A DNA stretch of 64,000 nucleotides. Origin: Desulfomonile tiedjei. GTDB lineage: Bacteria > Desulfobacterota > Desulfomonilia > Desulfomonilales > Desulfomonilaceae. The DNA is taken from contig JACRDF010000043.1 of NCBI GenBank assembly GCA_016212925.1, positions 13,726-77,725 of the forward strand, in the 5' to 3' direction. A program made the position numbers and the translations under genes. Positions 19,423-28,986 of this stretch are shown piece after piece (position 1 is the first letter of the stretch; each line of letters starts with the position of its first letter). Below the pieces are notes generated by a model. It did no database searches and had not been told where the DNA came from. It was given only the letters and a program-made list of their open reading frames with translations.

Positions 19423-19959
19423 TCATTGCTCATTTTGAGACTCATCGTTCTCCAACGCCTGGACCACCTCGCTTAGGTTGCGGGCCAGGTCCCGGAAAAA
19501 GCGAAGGCCAAACTCAAAGCACAGGTACTGAAAACGGTCGGCTCGCTCTTTGACTTCAGGACCGACCGACTCCAACTGCCGGTGAAATTGTTCGATGGAA
19601 TTCAGGTAGTTACCGGCAATGGTCTTGCGCTCTTCCGGAGAGAGGTGGGCGAAAAAGAACAGCTTCATGAGAAAAATGTTTTTGGGCTGTTCAAAGGCAA
19701 AGGGTGATCGCAAGGATTCCAGTAAGACTTCCTTTCCGTCCTCCGTTATGGAGTAGACCTTGCGGTTTGGCGCGCCGTCCTGGATCTCCATCCGTTTGGA
19801 GATCAACCCGCGGCTTTCCATCTTCTTCAGAGCGGGATAGATGGATCCATAGCTCAGGCCTGAGAAGAACGAGAAGGAGATAGAGAAGGCCTTTTTAAGG
19901 TCATACCCTGTCATGCTTTTTCGCATGAGGAATCCGAGAATTACAGACTGGACATCCAT
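19423..19959 (-). CDS. PadR-family transcriptional regulator
   Basis: Winged HTH ILGFLMRKSMTGYDLKKAF...SYGSIYPALKKMESRGLI is a typical PadR N-terminus. It lies 41 nt upstream of the oxidoreductase gene on the same strand. The ORF-track start at 20025 is probably over-extended. Confidence 0.75.
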   Translation of the reverse strand: MDVQSVILGFLMRKSMTGYDLKKAFSISFSFFSGLSYGSIYPALKKMESRGLISKRMEIQDGAPNRKVYSITEDGKEVLLESLRSPFAFEQPKNIFLMKLFFFAHLSPEERKTIAGNYLNSIEQFHRQLESVGPEVKERADRFQYLCFEFGLRFFRDLARNLSEVVQALENDESQNEQ

Positions 19960-20150
19960 GGCGCCTCCATAGGAGTACATGATATATATCGTGCCGATAT
20001 ATGTCAACAGAATTTTTTGCGGCAATATCCCCTAACGGTAGGTAACAACAAGGGAGTTGATTTATGACCGCCAGACCGGGTAAATTGTGGGTAGATTATC
20101 GGCTTGGCGGACCACCGCGGTATTACCTCTCATCAAGTGAGGAATCTTTT

Positions 20151-21065
20151 ATGAAAATTCCCGAGGAAATCCGGAAATGCGCCGCCTATATTGGTTATTG
20201 GGATGGCCAGAAACATGTGCTTCTTGGTACGTGTTTTTGGGTAGGTGTGCCAGTTTCCGATTTAATGGCACACATCGTTTATGTCGTTACAGCCAAGCAT
20301 CTTATTGAAAAAATTAGGGAGAAAACCGCAGATGATAGTGCGTACTTGCGAGTCAACTTTGTGAAATCGGGAGCGCAGTGGATTAGAAATAATTTACATG
20401 ATTGGCGGTTTCATCCTACAGAAGACAATGTTGATGCTGCTGTTTTATCTATGCAATTAACAAATGAGATGGATCATAGATTTTTTCCGCAAGAGTCTTT
20501 CATTACTGACGAAATTATAGAAACGTACAATGTAGGGATTGGCGATGAAGTTTTTCTTGCGGGTTTATTTGGTAAGCACACTGGAGAAAGCCGCAATATA
20601 CCAATAATACGAGTCGGAAATATTGCAGCAATGCCAGAGGAGCCAGTCAAAACACTAAAGTGGACTTCTGAAATGGAAGCGTATCTAATAGAATCGCGAT
20701 CTCTCGGAGGAATGAGCGGATCTCCGGTTTTTGTCCATTTGGGAATAACCAGGACATTACAAGATAGACCTCATTTTATAAATCAACCCTTCTATCTCTT
20801 GGGTTTGATACATGGACATTGGGATGAAAAAGGTGTCAACGTAGGCATTGCCATCGTTGTGCCGTCAAAAAAAATCCTCGAAGTGATAAACCAACCGGAG
20901 CTCCAGCAAATGCGAGAAGTTACCAAGGCGCTTGCAAGAATTCAGCTCGGCGCTACGCCAGACTCTTCTACAAAAGAGAGCGACGAAAAGCCCTTTACCA
21001 AACAAGATTTCGAGAATGCTCTTCAAAAGGTAAGCCGACCTAAATCTGATGAAGAAACGACTTGA
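20151..21065 (+). CDS. Cytoplasmic trypsin/chymotrypsin-fold serine protease-domain protein (no signal peptide), in a low-GC islet
   Basis: Catalytic-triad-like motifs in order: VVTAKHLI (His), DNVDAAVL (Asp), SLGGMSGSPVFV (Ser; a GDSGGP-like motif). Start at MKIPEE with a GAGGA RBS. The local GC is visibly lower than its surroundings. Confidence 0.55.
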   Translation: MKIPEEIRKCAAYIGYWDGQKHVLLGTCFWVGVPVSDLMAHIVYVVTAKHLIEKIREKTADDSAYLRVNFVKSGAQWIRNNLHDWRFHPTEDNVDAAVLSMQLTNEMDHRFFPQESFITDEIIETYNVGIGDEVFLAGLFGKHTGESRNIPIIRVGNIAAMPEEPVKTLKWTSEMEAYLIESRSLGGMSGSPVFVHLGITRTLQDRPHFINQPFYLLGLIHGHWDEKGVNVGIAIVVPSKKILEVINQPELQQMREVTKALARIQLGATPDSSTKESDEKPFTKQDFENALQKVSRPKSDEETT

Positions 21066-21210
21066 ACCTAGGGGGAGGGGTCACCCTTTGACTCATCTCT
21101 GAGCCACGTTAAATTGGACGAACAGCTCAACACGAGCCAAAGGCAGACCTTGCCCCCACTTTTTTCTCGATGGCATCCTGTATGACATGGCGGCCAAGGG
21201 CCGCCCTACC

Positions 21211-23292
21211 CTACTTTCCCTGGGCTGTGGACCCAATGAACGAGAAGTCTGCAATTTGGGCGAAGAAGTCCGCGATTTGTCGGAGCATTCCCAGTCGATT
21301 GTTGCGCAATTTTTCGTCTTCCACCATTACCATTACTTTGTCGAAGAGGGTGTCGATGGGTGACTTGAGTTCGGCAATTATCTCCAGGGCCTGTGCGTAA
21401 TTACCTTCGAGAATGAGCGGTTCGGACCTTGCGGTTACATCCTGGAATGCCGTGAAAAGCGCTTTCTCTGCTTCTTCTTCGAGCAACTCGGGAGCGAATG
21501 CGGTGGGCTCGGTATCCTTGAGAATGTTCACCACCCGCTTGAATCCGATCATAATCGCGTCGAAGTCCGACCTCTGCTTCCATTCATTGAGCGCGTCCAC
21601 CCTTCGTCGCGCGTCCACGATGTCATCGAACCGGGCCCTCACCGCGGCTTCGACCACATCAAGCGGAAAATCGCGCGAGGTGTGGAAATTGACGAATCGG
21701 GTCCGAATGAACTCGGTCACGTCCGCGACGACCTGGTCTTCGTCGCGGGTCCGCTTCTGGGCGAGCAGCGACACTGCCAATCGTACCAGCCAGCTCAAAT
21801 CAAGCGCCTTATCCAGTTGAATCAGGATCTGGATGACGGCAAGAGCGTGGCGGCGCAGGGCATAGGGGTCCGCGGCGCCCGTTGGTATCAGTCCGACGCT
21901 GAAGCACCCTGCGATGGTGTCCATGCGATCGGCAACAGAAACCAGGGAGCCTAGAATTCCCTGGGGAAGATTGTCCCCTGCGTATGCCGGGAGATAGTGC
22001 TCTCTGATGGCGGTCGAGACTTCCTCCGTTTCACCATCCATCTTGGCGTAATAACTGCCGATTATGCCTTGCAGTTCGGGGAATTCATAGACGATACCGG
22101 TCTCGAGGTCGCATTTGCACAATAGCGCGGCCCTCTCGACATCGGCTGTTTTTTCAGGAGCGAGGCGCTCAGCCAGTTTTTTGGCCAGGTAGGTGAAGCG
22201 TTCCACTTTCTCGTGAGCTGTGCCCAATTTGGAATGAAAAACCACCCCCTCCAGGGCCTGAAGACGATCCATCAACGGGATCTTCCGGTCTTCCCGGAAA
22301 TAAAAGCGGGCATCTTCCAAACGGGCCTTCAGGACCCTTTGATGCCCCTTCACGGACACAGCCGGGTCCTTCACGGGAGTGTTGTTTACCGCGATGAAAC
22401 GGTTGGTAATTCTCCCTGCATCGTCTTGGACGGAGAAATACCGCTGGTGCTTTTTCATGCAAGTTATCAGGATGGACGCGGGGAGTTCGAGAAAGTCCGA
22501 TGAGAATCGGCCCATTATAGGATGAGGGCTCTCAACAATGTGTGTCACTTCATCGAGCAGTTCCGTGTCTTCAAAGACCTGGAGTTTCTCGCCCGCGGCA
22601 AGTTCCTTTGTACGCCGCTCAATTAGCTCGCGACGCTGAACCGGATCGATGGTGACATCACGGGCCTGCAAGGACTCCTGTAGGTCTTTCAGCGATTTAA
22701 CGGGAAACGGCTCTGCATGGGTAAACCGATGACCGCGGCTCCGATCTCCGCTGGCCACACTGCCGAACGTGAAAGGGATCACTTTGCCGTCGAAGAGGGC
22801 CACAATCCAATGAACCGGCCTGGCGAATCTGGCGTCCAGGTCCATCCAGCGCATGGTCTTCGGAAACGGAATCTTTTCCAGCAGTCCGGGAATGATGGCT
22901 GCCAGCGCCTCTCCCGTGGGCTGTCCGGTTTCGGTCTTACGAACCGCGACCTGATCTCCTTTGGCACCCGAAACAACGACCAATTCCGAAACATCAACCC
23001 CTTGGCTGCGAGCAAACCCGATCGCGGCTTTGGTGGGATTACCCTGAGCGTCATAAGCCGCGGTGACAGCAGGACCCGTCTTTTCAATTTCTCTCGTGGC
23101 CTGAACCGAATCAACATCAATGGCGTGCAATATCATTCGCCTGGGTGTGGCGTAAGTTCTTACCTGGCCGTGGCCTACGCGTGCATTTTCCAGCACCGCG
23201 GTGAAAAGATCTGAAAATGCTTGGAGCGCGGGAGGTATAAAGCCTGCCGGGATCTCTTCAGTCCCTATTTCGAGAAGAAACTCGCCTTTCAT
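21211..23292 (-). CDS. glyS: Glycine--tRNA ligase beta subunit
   Basis: N-terminus [20 protein letters not shown]. At 693 aa it is the right length. It overlaps glyQ by 4 nt, the classic glyQS arrangement. Confidence 0.9.
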   Translation of the reverse strand: MKGEFLLEIGTEEIPAGFIPPALQAFSDLFTAVLENARVGHGQVRTYATPRRMILHAIDVDSVQATREIEKTGPAVTAAYDAQGNPTKAAIGFARSQGVDVSELVVVSGAKGDQVAVRKTETGQPTGEALAAIIPGLLEKIPFPKTMRWMDLDARFARPVHWIVALFDGKVIPFTFGSVASGDRSRGHRFTHAEPFPVKSLKDLQESLQARDVTIDPVQRRELIERRTKELAAGEKLQVFEDTELLDEVTHIVESPHPIMGRFSSDFLELPASILITCMKKHQRYFSVQDDAGRITNRFIAVNNTPVKDPAVSVKGHQRVLKARLEDARFYFREDRKIPLMDRLQALEGVVFHSKLGTAHEKVERFTYLAKKLAERLAPEKTADVERAALLCKCDLETGIVYEFPELQGIIGSYYAKMDGETEEVSTAIREHYLPAYAGDNLPQGILGSLVSVADRMDTIAGCFSVGLIPTGAADPYALRRHALAVIQILIQLDKALDLSWLVRLAVSLLAQKRTRDEDQVVADVTEFIRTRFVNFHTSRDFPLDVVEAAVRARFDDIVDARRRVDALNEWKQRSDFDAIMIGFKRVVNILKDTEPTAFAPELLEEEAEKALFTAFQDVTARSEPLILEGNYAQALEIIAELKSPIDTLFDKVMVMVEDEKLRNNRLGMLRQIADFFAQIADFSFIGSTAQGK

Positions 23293-24221
23293 CGCTCGGA
23301 CCTGCTTTCGGAGAATTTATTGAGGAGCGGAAATCCCATAGCTTCGCGCTGGGCCAGGTAAGCGGCAGCCGCTTTCCTCGCCAGATTACGCACTCTGTGT
23401 ATGTATGCGGTCCGTTCCGCGACACTGATGGCCCCGCGAGCGTCCAACATATTGAAAATGTGGGAACATTTCAGGCAATAATCGTATCCCGGAAGGACGA
23501 GGGGTTCATCCGAATCCAGCAGAGCGTCACCTTCAGCCTCGTACATGTCAAAAAGTTTGAACATCATTGCTGCGTCGGACCTGTTGAAATTGTAGATAGA
23601 GCCTTCAACTTCCGAACGATGATGAATGTCTCCGTAGGTGATATCCCCGGTCCACTTCAGATCGTAAACACTCTCCACACCCTGCAAATACATGCAGATT
23701 CTTTCGATGCCGTATGTGAGTTCAACTGAAACCGGCTTCAGATCTATTCCACCGGCCTGCTGGAAGTAGGTGAACTGCGTGATCTCCATGCCGTCGAGCC
23801 AGACTTCCCAACCGACTCCCCAAGCGCCCAGAGTGGGCGATTCCCAGTCGTCCTCGACAAACCGTATGTCATGGGCCAGAGGGTCAATCCCGAATGCAGC
23901 CAGCGATTCGATGTAAATGTCCTGCACTTCCAGAGGAGAAGGCTTGAGAATGACCTGATACTGATAGTAATGCTGAAGCCTGTTGGGATTCTCGCCGTAG
24001 CGCCCGTCCGTGGGCCTTCTGGACGGCTCGACGTAAGCGACGTTCCACGGCTCCGGCCCCAGCACCCTCAAGAACGTAGCAGGGTTCATTGTCCCGGCGC
24101 CTTTTTCCATGTCATAGGGCTGCTGAATCACGCAACCTCTGTCGGCCCAGAATTTCTCAAGAGCGAGTATCAATCCTTGAAAGGTAAGCATGGCAGGCCT
24201 CTTTGCGGTATTCTCCATCAT
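23289..24221 (-). CDS. glyQ: Glycine--tRNA ligase alpha subunit
   Basis: [35 protein letters not shown]...[19 protein letters not shown] is near-identical to the E. coli GlyQ core. Confidence 0.9.
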   Translation of the reverse strand: MMENTAKRPAMLTFQGLILALEKFWADRGCVIQQPYDMEKGAGTMNPATFLRVLGPEPWNVAYVEPSRRPTDGRYGENPNRLQHYYQYQVILKPSPLEVQDIYIESLAAFGIDPLAHDIRFVEDDWESPTLGAWGVGWEVWLDGMEITQFTYFQQAGGIDLKPVSVELTYGIERICMYLQGVESVYDLKWTGDITYGDIHHRSEVEGSIYNFNRSDAAMMFKLFDMYEAEGDALLDSDEPLVLPGYDYCLKCSHIFNMLDARGAISVAERTAYIHRVRNLARKAAAAYLAQREAMGFPLLNKFSESRSER

Positions 24222-24322
24222 GAGTCGATGGAAACAGATATATAATCGGACTTTTGTAACACCGGGCGAGGCCCGGAGTCAAGGTTAAGCGCTGGAATAA
24301 GGAAAAGCCATGTTCCGGAGTC

Positions 24323-24407
24323 GTGGGGCAGGCCCGCGAGCCGCGGGATTCCAGCCTGCCTACTCCAAAATGGCCATCATGACAGGCTGGAAAGCCTGTC
24401 CCACAAA
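24323..24407. repeat. Dispersed palindromic repeat family D (ggcaggc...cagcctgcc...caggctggaaagcctgtcccacaa), copy 1; copy 2 is at 42199-42290
   Basis: Shared stem-loop-forming sequence in two intergenic regions. Confidence 0.45.
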
Positions 24408-24469
24408 ACTTCCCCCGGCCATTTGTGTTCGCGTTTGATTTTTCCGATCTCCACGACCTATAATGGGGT

Positions 24470-25249
24470 TTGTTTTTTTCGGAGATCGGTCAGGAGGGAG
24501 ATTGGTTGATGTTCCAGTACGCGGCTATAGTCCTATTTTGTTTAAGCTTGATTATGGGGCAGGGAGCCGCGGCTGCCCTCGCCCAAGGGGACGACATACA
24601 GTCGCAGACCGATAGAGCAAAGGCAGCTCTGCAAGGCGGCCGGCTCGACGAAGCCATAGAAATATTTTCAAACCTCATCCGAAAAGAATCTCAAGCCGAT
24701 TGCTATTTTCAAAGGGCCCTCGCATATGACAGGGCACACAAATATGGACCGGCGATCCAAGATCTTGATACAGCCGTCTCTATGGAGCCGAACCAAGCAA
24801 ATTACTATCTGAAAAGAGGAATTCTTCTGCGTCGAACCGGAGAGCATGAGGCAGCTCTCACGGATTTCACGAAGGTCCTGGAGCTTGATCCGACCAATGT
24901 GAGTGCTTTGGGGAATAGGGGCAGGGTTTTGTTCGCCATCGGCGACACGGCCAAAGCCCTCGAAGACGTTCAGCGGGCCATCGGGTACAACTCTGAATCA
25001 GCTGCCTTGTACCTCCTGAGAGGAGACATTTACACTGCCGCGGGGAATTACCAGAATGCGGTGAGGGACTACGATAGAGCGATCCAGCTGAAAGCCGACG
25101 CTTTTGCGGCCTACAACAACCGAGGTATTGCCCTGGCCAATTTGGGAAAGACCAGGGAGGCAGTCGAGGATCTCAACAGAGCCATGGAAATTGCCTCTTC
25201 GTTCTCGTCAATGGGACAGGTACCGGGCATGTCCGGCAACTCCTGGTAA
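24470..25249 (+). CDS. Secreted tetratricopeptide-repeat protein
   Basis: Signal peptide (AAIVLFCLSLIMGQGAAAALAQG). At least 6 TPR units follow (AxxYxxRGxxxxxxGxxxxAxxDxxxAxxL periodicity). Confidence 0.65.
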   Translation: MFFSEIGQEGDWLMFQYAAIVLFCLSLIMGQGAAAALAQGDDIQSQTDRAKAALQGGRLDEAIEIFSNLIRKESQADCYFQRALAYDRAHKYGPAIQDLDTAVSMEPNQANYYLKRGILLRRTGEHEAALTDFTKVLELDPTNVSALGNRGRVLFAIGDTAKALEDVQRAIGYNSESAALYLLRGDIYTAAGNYQNAVRDYDRAIQLKADAFAAYNNRGIALANLGKTREAVEDLNRAMEIASSFSSMGQVPGMSGNSW

Positions 25250-25465
25250 AATAGCCGAAGGTTGCCCAAAATCTTTGATTGATGACGACTTCTAAAGCGG
25301 CCCCGTTAACGCCTGCCAAGTTGTTCTCTCCCGTCATCCGTTTGGAACAAAAAGGTTGATTGCTCTTCGGACGAGGGTTCCGGACCCCAATGAGTGCGAG
25401 GAAAGAACGGGGATTTCATTGGTCCTCGCATAGCACCAATTTTCACATCAAGGATAACTAGAAAT

Positions 25466-25951
25466 ATGACCCCACGCGACTTAAAAACCAAAGAAGAATG
25501 GCAAGAAATCTTGAACCGATTCGCTACAGAAACCAAGATGACGGCCACCCTGACCGACAGTACGGGCAAGCAATTGATTGGCACGAACAGCAGGGGCCCT
25601 TTGTGCGCAGCCGTCAGAGAAAACGAGAAAGCGCTAACATTCATCTGCAGCCAGACCAACACGGCGATGCTGGCTGTCATAAGGAAGATCCTTCGGCCGG
25701 AGTTAGATCTCTGTGAAGCAGGTCTGATCCGTGTCGTTGTCCCCATTGTCAAGGATGGCTCATTGATAGGCCAAGTGACGGCGTGCGGACTGGCTTCCGA
25801 TGAGGAGGAACCTAACTCTTTTCTCGTGAGTAAGGAGCTTGGTATTTCGGAGGAGAAGGCAATTGAACTTTCGCAATCGATCCCGTTAGGTTCTGAGGAG
25901 GAACTCCGGGAAATATGCTCACGTCTATTCAATGAACTAAATACCAAATGA
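25466..25951 (+). CDS. Standalone PocR-type sensory (ligand-binding) domain protein
   Basis: TPRDLKTKEEWQEILNRFATETKMTATLTDSTGKQLIGTNSRGPLCAAVRENEKALTFICSQTNTAML...LCEAGLIRVVVPIVKDGSLIGQVTACG matches the PocR domain. No histidine-kinase or AraC output is fused to it. Confidence 0.55.
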   Translation: MTPRDLKTKEEWQEILNRFATETKMTATLTDSTGKQLIGTNSRGPLCAAVRENEKALTFICSQTNTAMLAVIRKILRPELDLCEAGLIRVVVPIVKDGSLIGQVTACGLASDEEEPNSFLVSKELGISEEKAIELSQSIPLGSEEELREICSRLFNELNTK

Positions 25952-26137
25952 ATTTCTTCGAAGACCGGCAGCCCTAAATAAGGAATGACCATCGGACGAT
26001 GCCGCTGTCATTCCGCTCGCGCCCGCAACTACTTGCGGAATCGATGGAAGGTCAGTAATGATAGGGGCGTCGCTCGCGTCCGCAAGCCGTCGGTCGCACC
26101 TCTCTCCTGAGACGAACACACTTTCGGAGCTTCGACC

Positions 26138-26872
26138 ATGACAGATAAGATCTGGTACGTCGTGATGGTTCCCATGGTGTACCTGGCCTTTGCCTGGTCC
26201 ATCATATGGATTGCGATCAAAATAGTCGGCATTCTGAGAGCCCCCAAACTGCCGGCCACTCTGAGGATTTTCCCCGAAGGCCTAGATTGCGAGGACACTT
26301 CGACCACCGGTTTGTCGGGCGCGATATGGGACGCGTTCACCATGCCTTCAGTCCGCAAGTACAAGCCTCTGTTGTGGGCTTTTCTCGTGATATTTCATGT
26401 AGCTGTCGTTGCCCTCATTCTGGCGCACCTCGATCTCCTCCCGCAGATCAACATTATGCCCGCGCAATCGGAGCACATGCTGGGAAACGGAGCGGTGGGC
26501 GTCATTATCACCGTATCGCTTCTATACCTGCTCTTCCGGAGGTTCCGCAGTCCTGTCCGGGAGGTATCCATCCCCGCGGACTACCTGCTGTTGGTCCTTC
26601 TCTTGGCCATCGCCGTAAGTGGTGACATCATCAGTTGGGGCAACTCGTGGACCGACAGCGGATTCGTGATGACCAAGAAAGACTTCGGCCTGTATTTGGA
26701 AAGCTTGTTCAAATTCGACTTTGCCGATCCGCGTCAATTCCTGAGCGGATCTCACTATTCGGTCATAGGTGCTCACGTGCTGCTGGTGAATCTTCTTCTG
26801 ATTTATCTTCCCTTCAGCAAGATCATGCACGTCTTCTTTGCCGTGCCGCTCAACAAACTGAGGAGAGGATGA
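26138..26872 (+). CDS. NarI-type membrane b-cytochrome subunit (HdrE/DsrM-like)
   Basis: Five predicted TM helices with conserved His residues in helices (HVAVVALILAHLD, HYSVIGAHVLLV). It overlaps the HdrD-like gene by 4 nt (ATGA). Confidence 0.55.
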   Translation: MTDKIWYVVMVPMVYLAFAWSIIWIAIKIVGILRAPKLPATLRIFPEGLDCEDTSTTGLSGAIWDAFTMPSVRKYKPLLWAFLVIFHVAVVALILAHLDLLPQINIMPAQSEHMLGNGAVGVIITVSLLYLLFRRFRSPVREVSIPADYLLLVLLLAIAVSGDIISWGNSWTDSGFVMTKKDFGLYLESLFKFDFADPRQFLSGSHYSVIGAHVLLVNLLLIYLPFSKIMHVFFAVPLNKLRRG

Positions 26873-28125
26873 CCATGGAAGACGCCCAGAAACAAAGCTT
26901 GCTGGCACTCATGGCAGAGAAACTCAATCAATCCGTACAGATGTACCTGGACAACTGCACTCGTTGCGGCACTTGCATTGACGCGTGCCACGCGTACGCG
27001 TCCACGGGTGATATCCGTTATTCAGCAGTGGGCAGGGCCCAGAATATCCGTAGGCTGTTTGAGAATTACCACAAAATTACGGGCAAGATCGCTCCGTGGC
27101 TCAATGAGGCTGTTGAACTTGACGAAAGATGGATGGACAGGGTCTACGAGACTGCGTTCACCTGTACCGGCTGCCGCCGGTGCATGACGTACTGCCCCTT
27201 CGGGATAGATACACAGCAGATCCAGTCCATTGCCAAGGCCCTGCTCATCGGCGCGGACATGGACCCCAAGCCGCTGACCATGAAGGCCAAAGCCGAAATC
27301 GCCAAGGGCGAGAACTTCGAGGCCACCAAGCAGAAATTTCAGAAAGAACTGGACAAAATACGCGGAGAGGTCTCCCAAAGATGGCCGGGTTCAGCCAAAG
27401 GCGACGTCGTTCCCATAGACGTTAAGGGAGCAAATGTGCTCTTCGTATCAATGGCCGAGAAGCCCTCCATAGTCCCTGCTGCGGGAATAATGAACGCGGC
27501 CGGCGAAAAATGGTCGTTGAGCTATTACGAGGCGGTGAACTTCGGCGCGTTTCTCGGAAGCCCCACCATGACCCAGCAGATTTACCAGCGGATAGTTTCC
27601 GAAGCAGAGGAGCTTGGCGTCAAGGAAATGGTCATCTGCGAGTGCGGGACAGCCTATCGCATCATGAAGCACGTGATCGGCAAACGAGACTTCAAGGTCA
27701 TCACCATCCTACAGCTCATAGATCGGTACCTCAAAGAAGGAAGGATAAAGCTGGACAAGTCGGTGATAGAGGGGCGAATAACCTACCATGATCCATGTCA
27801 AATCGCCCGCAACGGCGGGATCTACGAGGAGCCCCGCAATTGTCTGAAGGCCCTCACTGACGACTTTGTTGATATGAGCCCGAACCGACAGGCCAACTGG
27901 TGTTGCGGCGGCGGAGGCGGACTTGTGATAGCGCAGGAGCCGGAATTCCGCATGATGACCTCCAGGGTCAAAGTGGATCAGATAAAGGCCACTGGAGCTG
28001 ATATCGTGACGACCGCATGTGAGATGTGCTTCGCTCAGCTCAAAGATCTCAATGATGACTTCGAATTGGATTTGGAGGTAAAACTGGTTTCCGACCTGGT
28101 AGCAGACGCGCTTGTGGTAGACTAA
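26869..28125 (+). CDS. HdrD/DsrK-like Fe-S oxidoreductase (two 4Fe-4S motifs and two CCG Cys-rich domains)
   Basis: CTRCGTCIDACHAY and CTGCRRCMTYCP form the ferredoxin-like part. C-terminal CCG domains (HDPCQIARNGG..., NWCCGGGGG, TACEMCFAQ) are typical of HdrD/GlpC/DsrK. Start MTMEDAQ is at 26869. Confidence 0.75.
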   Translation: MTMEDAQKQSLLALMAEKLNQSVQMYLDNCTRCGTCIDACHAYASTGDIRYSAVGRAQNIRRLFENYHKITGKIAPWLNEAVELDERWMDRVYETAFTCTGCRRCMTYCPFGIDTQQIQSIAKALLIGADMDPKPLTMKAKAEIAKGENFEATKQKFQKELDKIRGEVSQRWPGSAKGDVVPIDVKGANVLFVSMAEKPSIVPAAGIMNAAGEKWSLSYYEAVNFGAFLGSPTMTQQIYQRIVSEAEELGVKEMVICECGTAYRIMKHVIGKRDFKVITILQLIDRYLKEGRIKLDKSVIEGRITYHDPCQIARNGGIYEEPRNCLKALTDDFVDMSPNRQANWCCGGGGGLVIAQEPEFRMMTSRVKVDQIKATGADIVTTACEMCFAQLKDLNDDFELDLEVKLVSDLVADALVVD

Positions 28126-28168
28126 TATGATGTGACTAATCACTTGCCATAATCACAAAATGAAACAC

Positions 28169-28197
28169 TTGACCTGGGGCCAGTGTCTCAGTATAAA
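28169..28197 (+). promoter_or_regulatory. Sigma70-like promoter TTGACC-N17-TATAAA ahead of the RelE-like module
   Basis: ttgacc at 28169-28174, a 17 nt spacer, tataaa at 28192-28197. The first ORF starts at 28232. Confidence 0.4.
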
Positions 28198-28231
28198 TGA
28201 CTAAGAATGCTCTGACGGAGGAGCAACAGCC

Positions 28232-28423
28232 ATGCCACAAATGAAGCGGATTGATGACGGCACATGGCCGGTCGAGCCAAAACCGACAGAAGAAAAGAAG
28301 ATGCCGGAAGAGGAATCAGAAGACTATCTCGACTACTGTGCTGCGGCTGAAGCAATAGACGAGGCACTGGAAACAGGCGAAATTCGATCGTTCGAGGATT
28401 TCGCCAAAGAAGTCGGCATTTAA
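28232..28423 (+). CDS. Small acidic protein, candidate antitoxin of the downstream RelE/ParE-like toxin
   Basis: 63 aa and highly acidic (EEESEDYLDYCAAAEAIDEALETGEIRSFEDFAKEVGI). It has a GGAG RBS and sits 8 nt upstream of the toxin gene. Confidence 0.4.
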   Translation: MPQMKRIDDGTWPVEPKPTEEKKMPEEESEDYLDYCAAAEAIDEALETGEIRSFEDFAKEVGI

Positions 28424-28431
28424 GTACCTCC

Positions 28432-28986
28432 GTGGATTATTCTCTCTACATCTTAGGCCATGCCGAGCGGGACATTAAGAAACTCAAAAAACAGCATCCA
28501 CAACTGGCCTCCAATCTAGCCGATAGAATTAGAAAATTATCTCAAAATCCTCGGCCTGAGCGCTGCCAGGCGCTGGAGGGCCAGGCAGATCTTTACCGAA
28601 TCCATTTTGGTGATGGTAAGTTTCGAATAATATACAGCATTCTAGATGACCCCCAGGCTATAATAATAGTCGCGATCAGACGGAGAAACGAGAGCACTTA
28701 CAAGAAGATTGACAGAAAAAACCTTTCGGAAAAGATCAAATCCCTTAACCTCGAATTGAAAGAAACGATAAGTATCGTTGCCGATCTGGCACGCAAGATT
28801 GGCATCGAGTGGATAGCCAATCTGGATGATGACCAAGTGAGAATTCTCGCTGGGGGCATCCAAGCGATTACGGGCGGTCGCAGTTCTCTTCCAACAATCG
28901 CAGTGCAGATTCAGGAAGCGGTCAAGGTCAAAGAAGACATCAAAACCATTACAAGGGACATGAAGCGCCTTCTACAAGAAATGTAA
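28432..28986 (+). CDS. RelE/ParE-family toxin domain (~90 aa) fused to an uncharacterised ~95 aa C-terminal extension
   Basis: The N-terminus MDYSLYILGHAERDIKKLKK...ALEGQADLYRIHFGDGKFRIIYSILDDPQAIIIVAIRRRNESTY is a RelE/ParE fold signature. Residues 95-184 are predicted helical, with no homology I recognise. Confidence 0.65.
   Translation: MDYSLYILGHAERDIKKLKKQHPQLASNLADRIRKLSQNPRPERCQALEGQADLYRIHFGDGKFRIIYSILDDPQAIIIVAIRRRNESTYKKIDRKNLSEKIKSLNLELKETISIVADLARKIGIEWIANLDDDQVRILAGGIQAITGGRSSLPTIAVQIQEAVKVKEDIKTITRDMKRLLQEM

Noticed and set aside
25306-25992. 228 aa minus-strand ORF antisense to the PocR gene
   Set aside because: It is a shadow ORF in a GC-rich region. It has no recognisable motifs, while the sense-strand ORF has a clear PocR domain.
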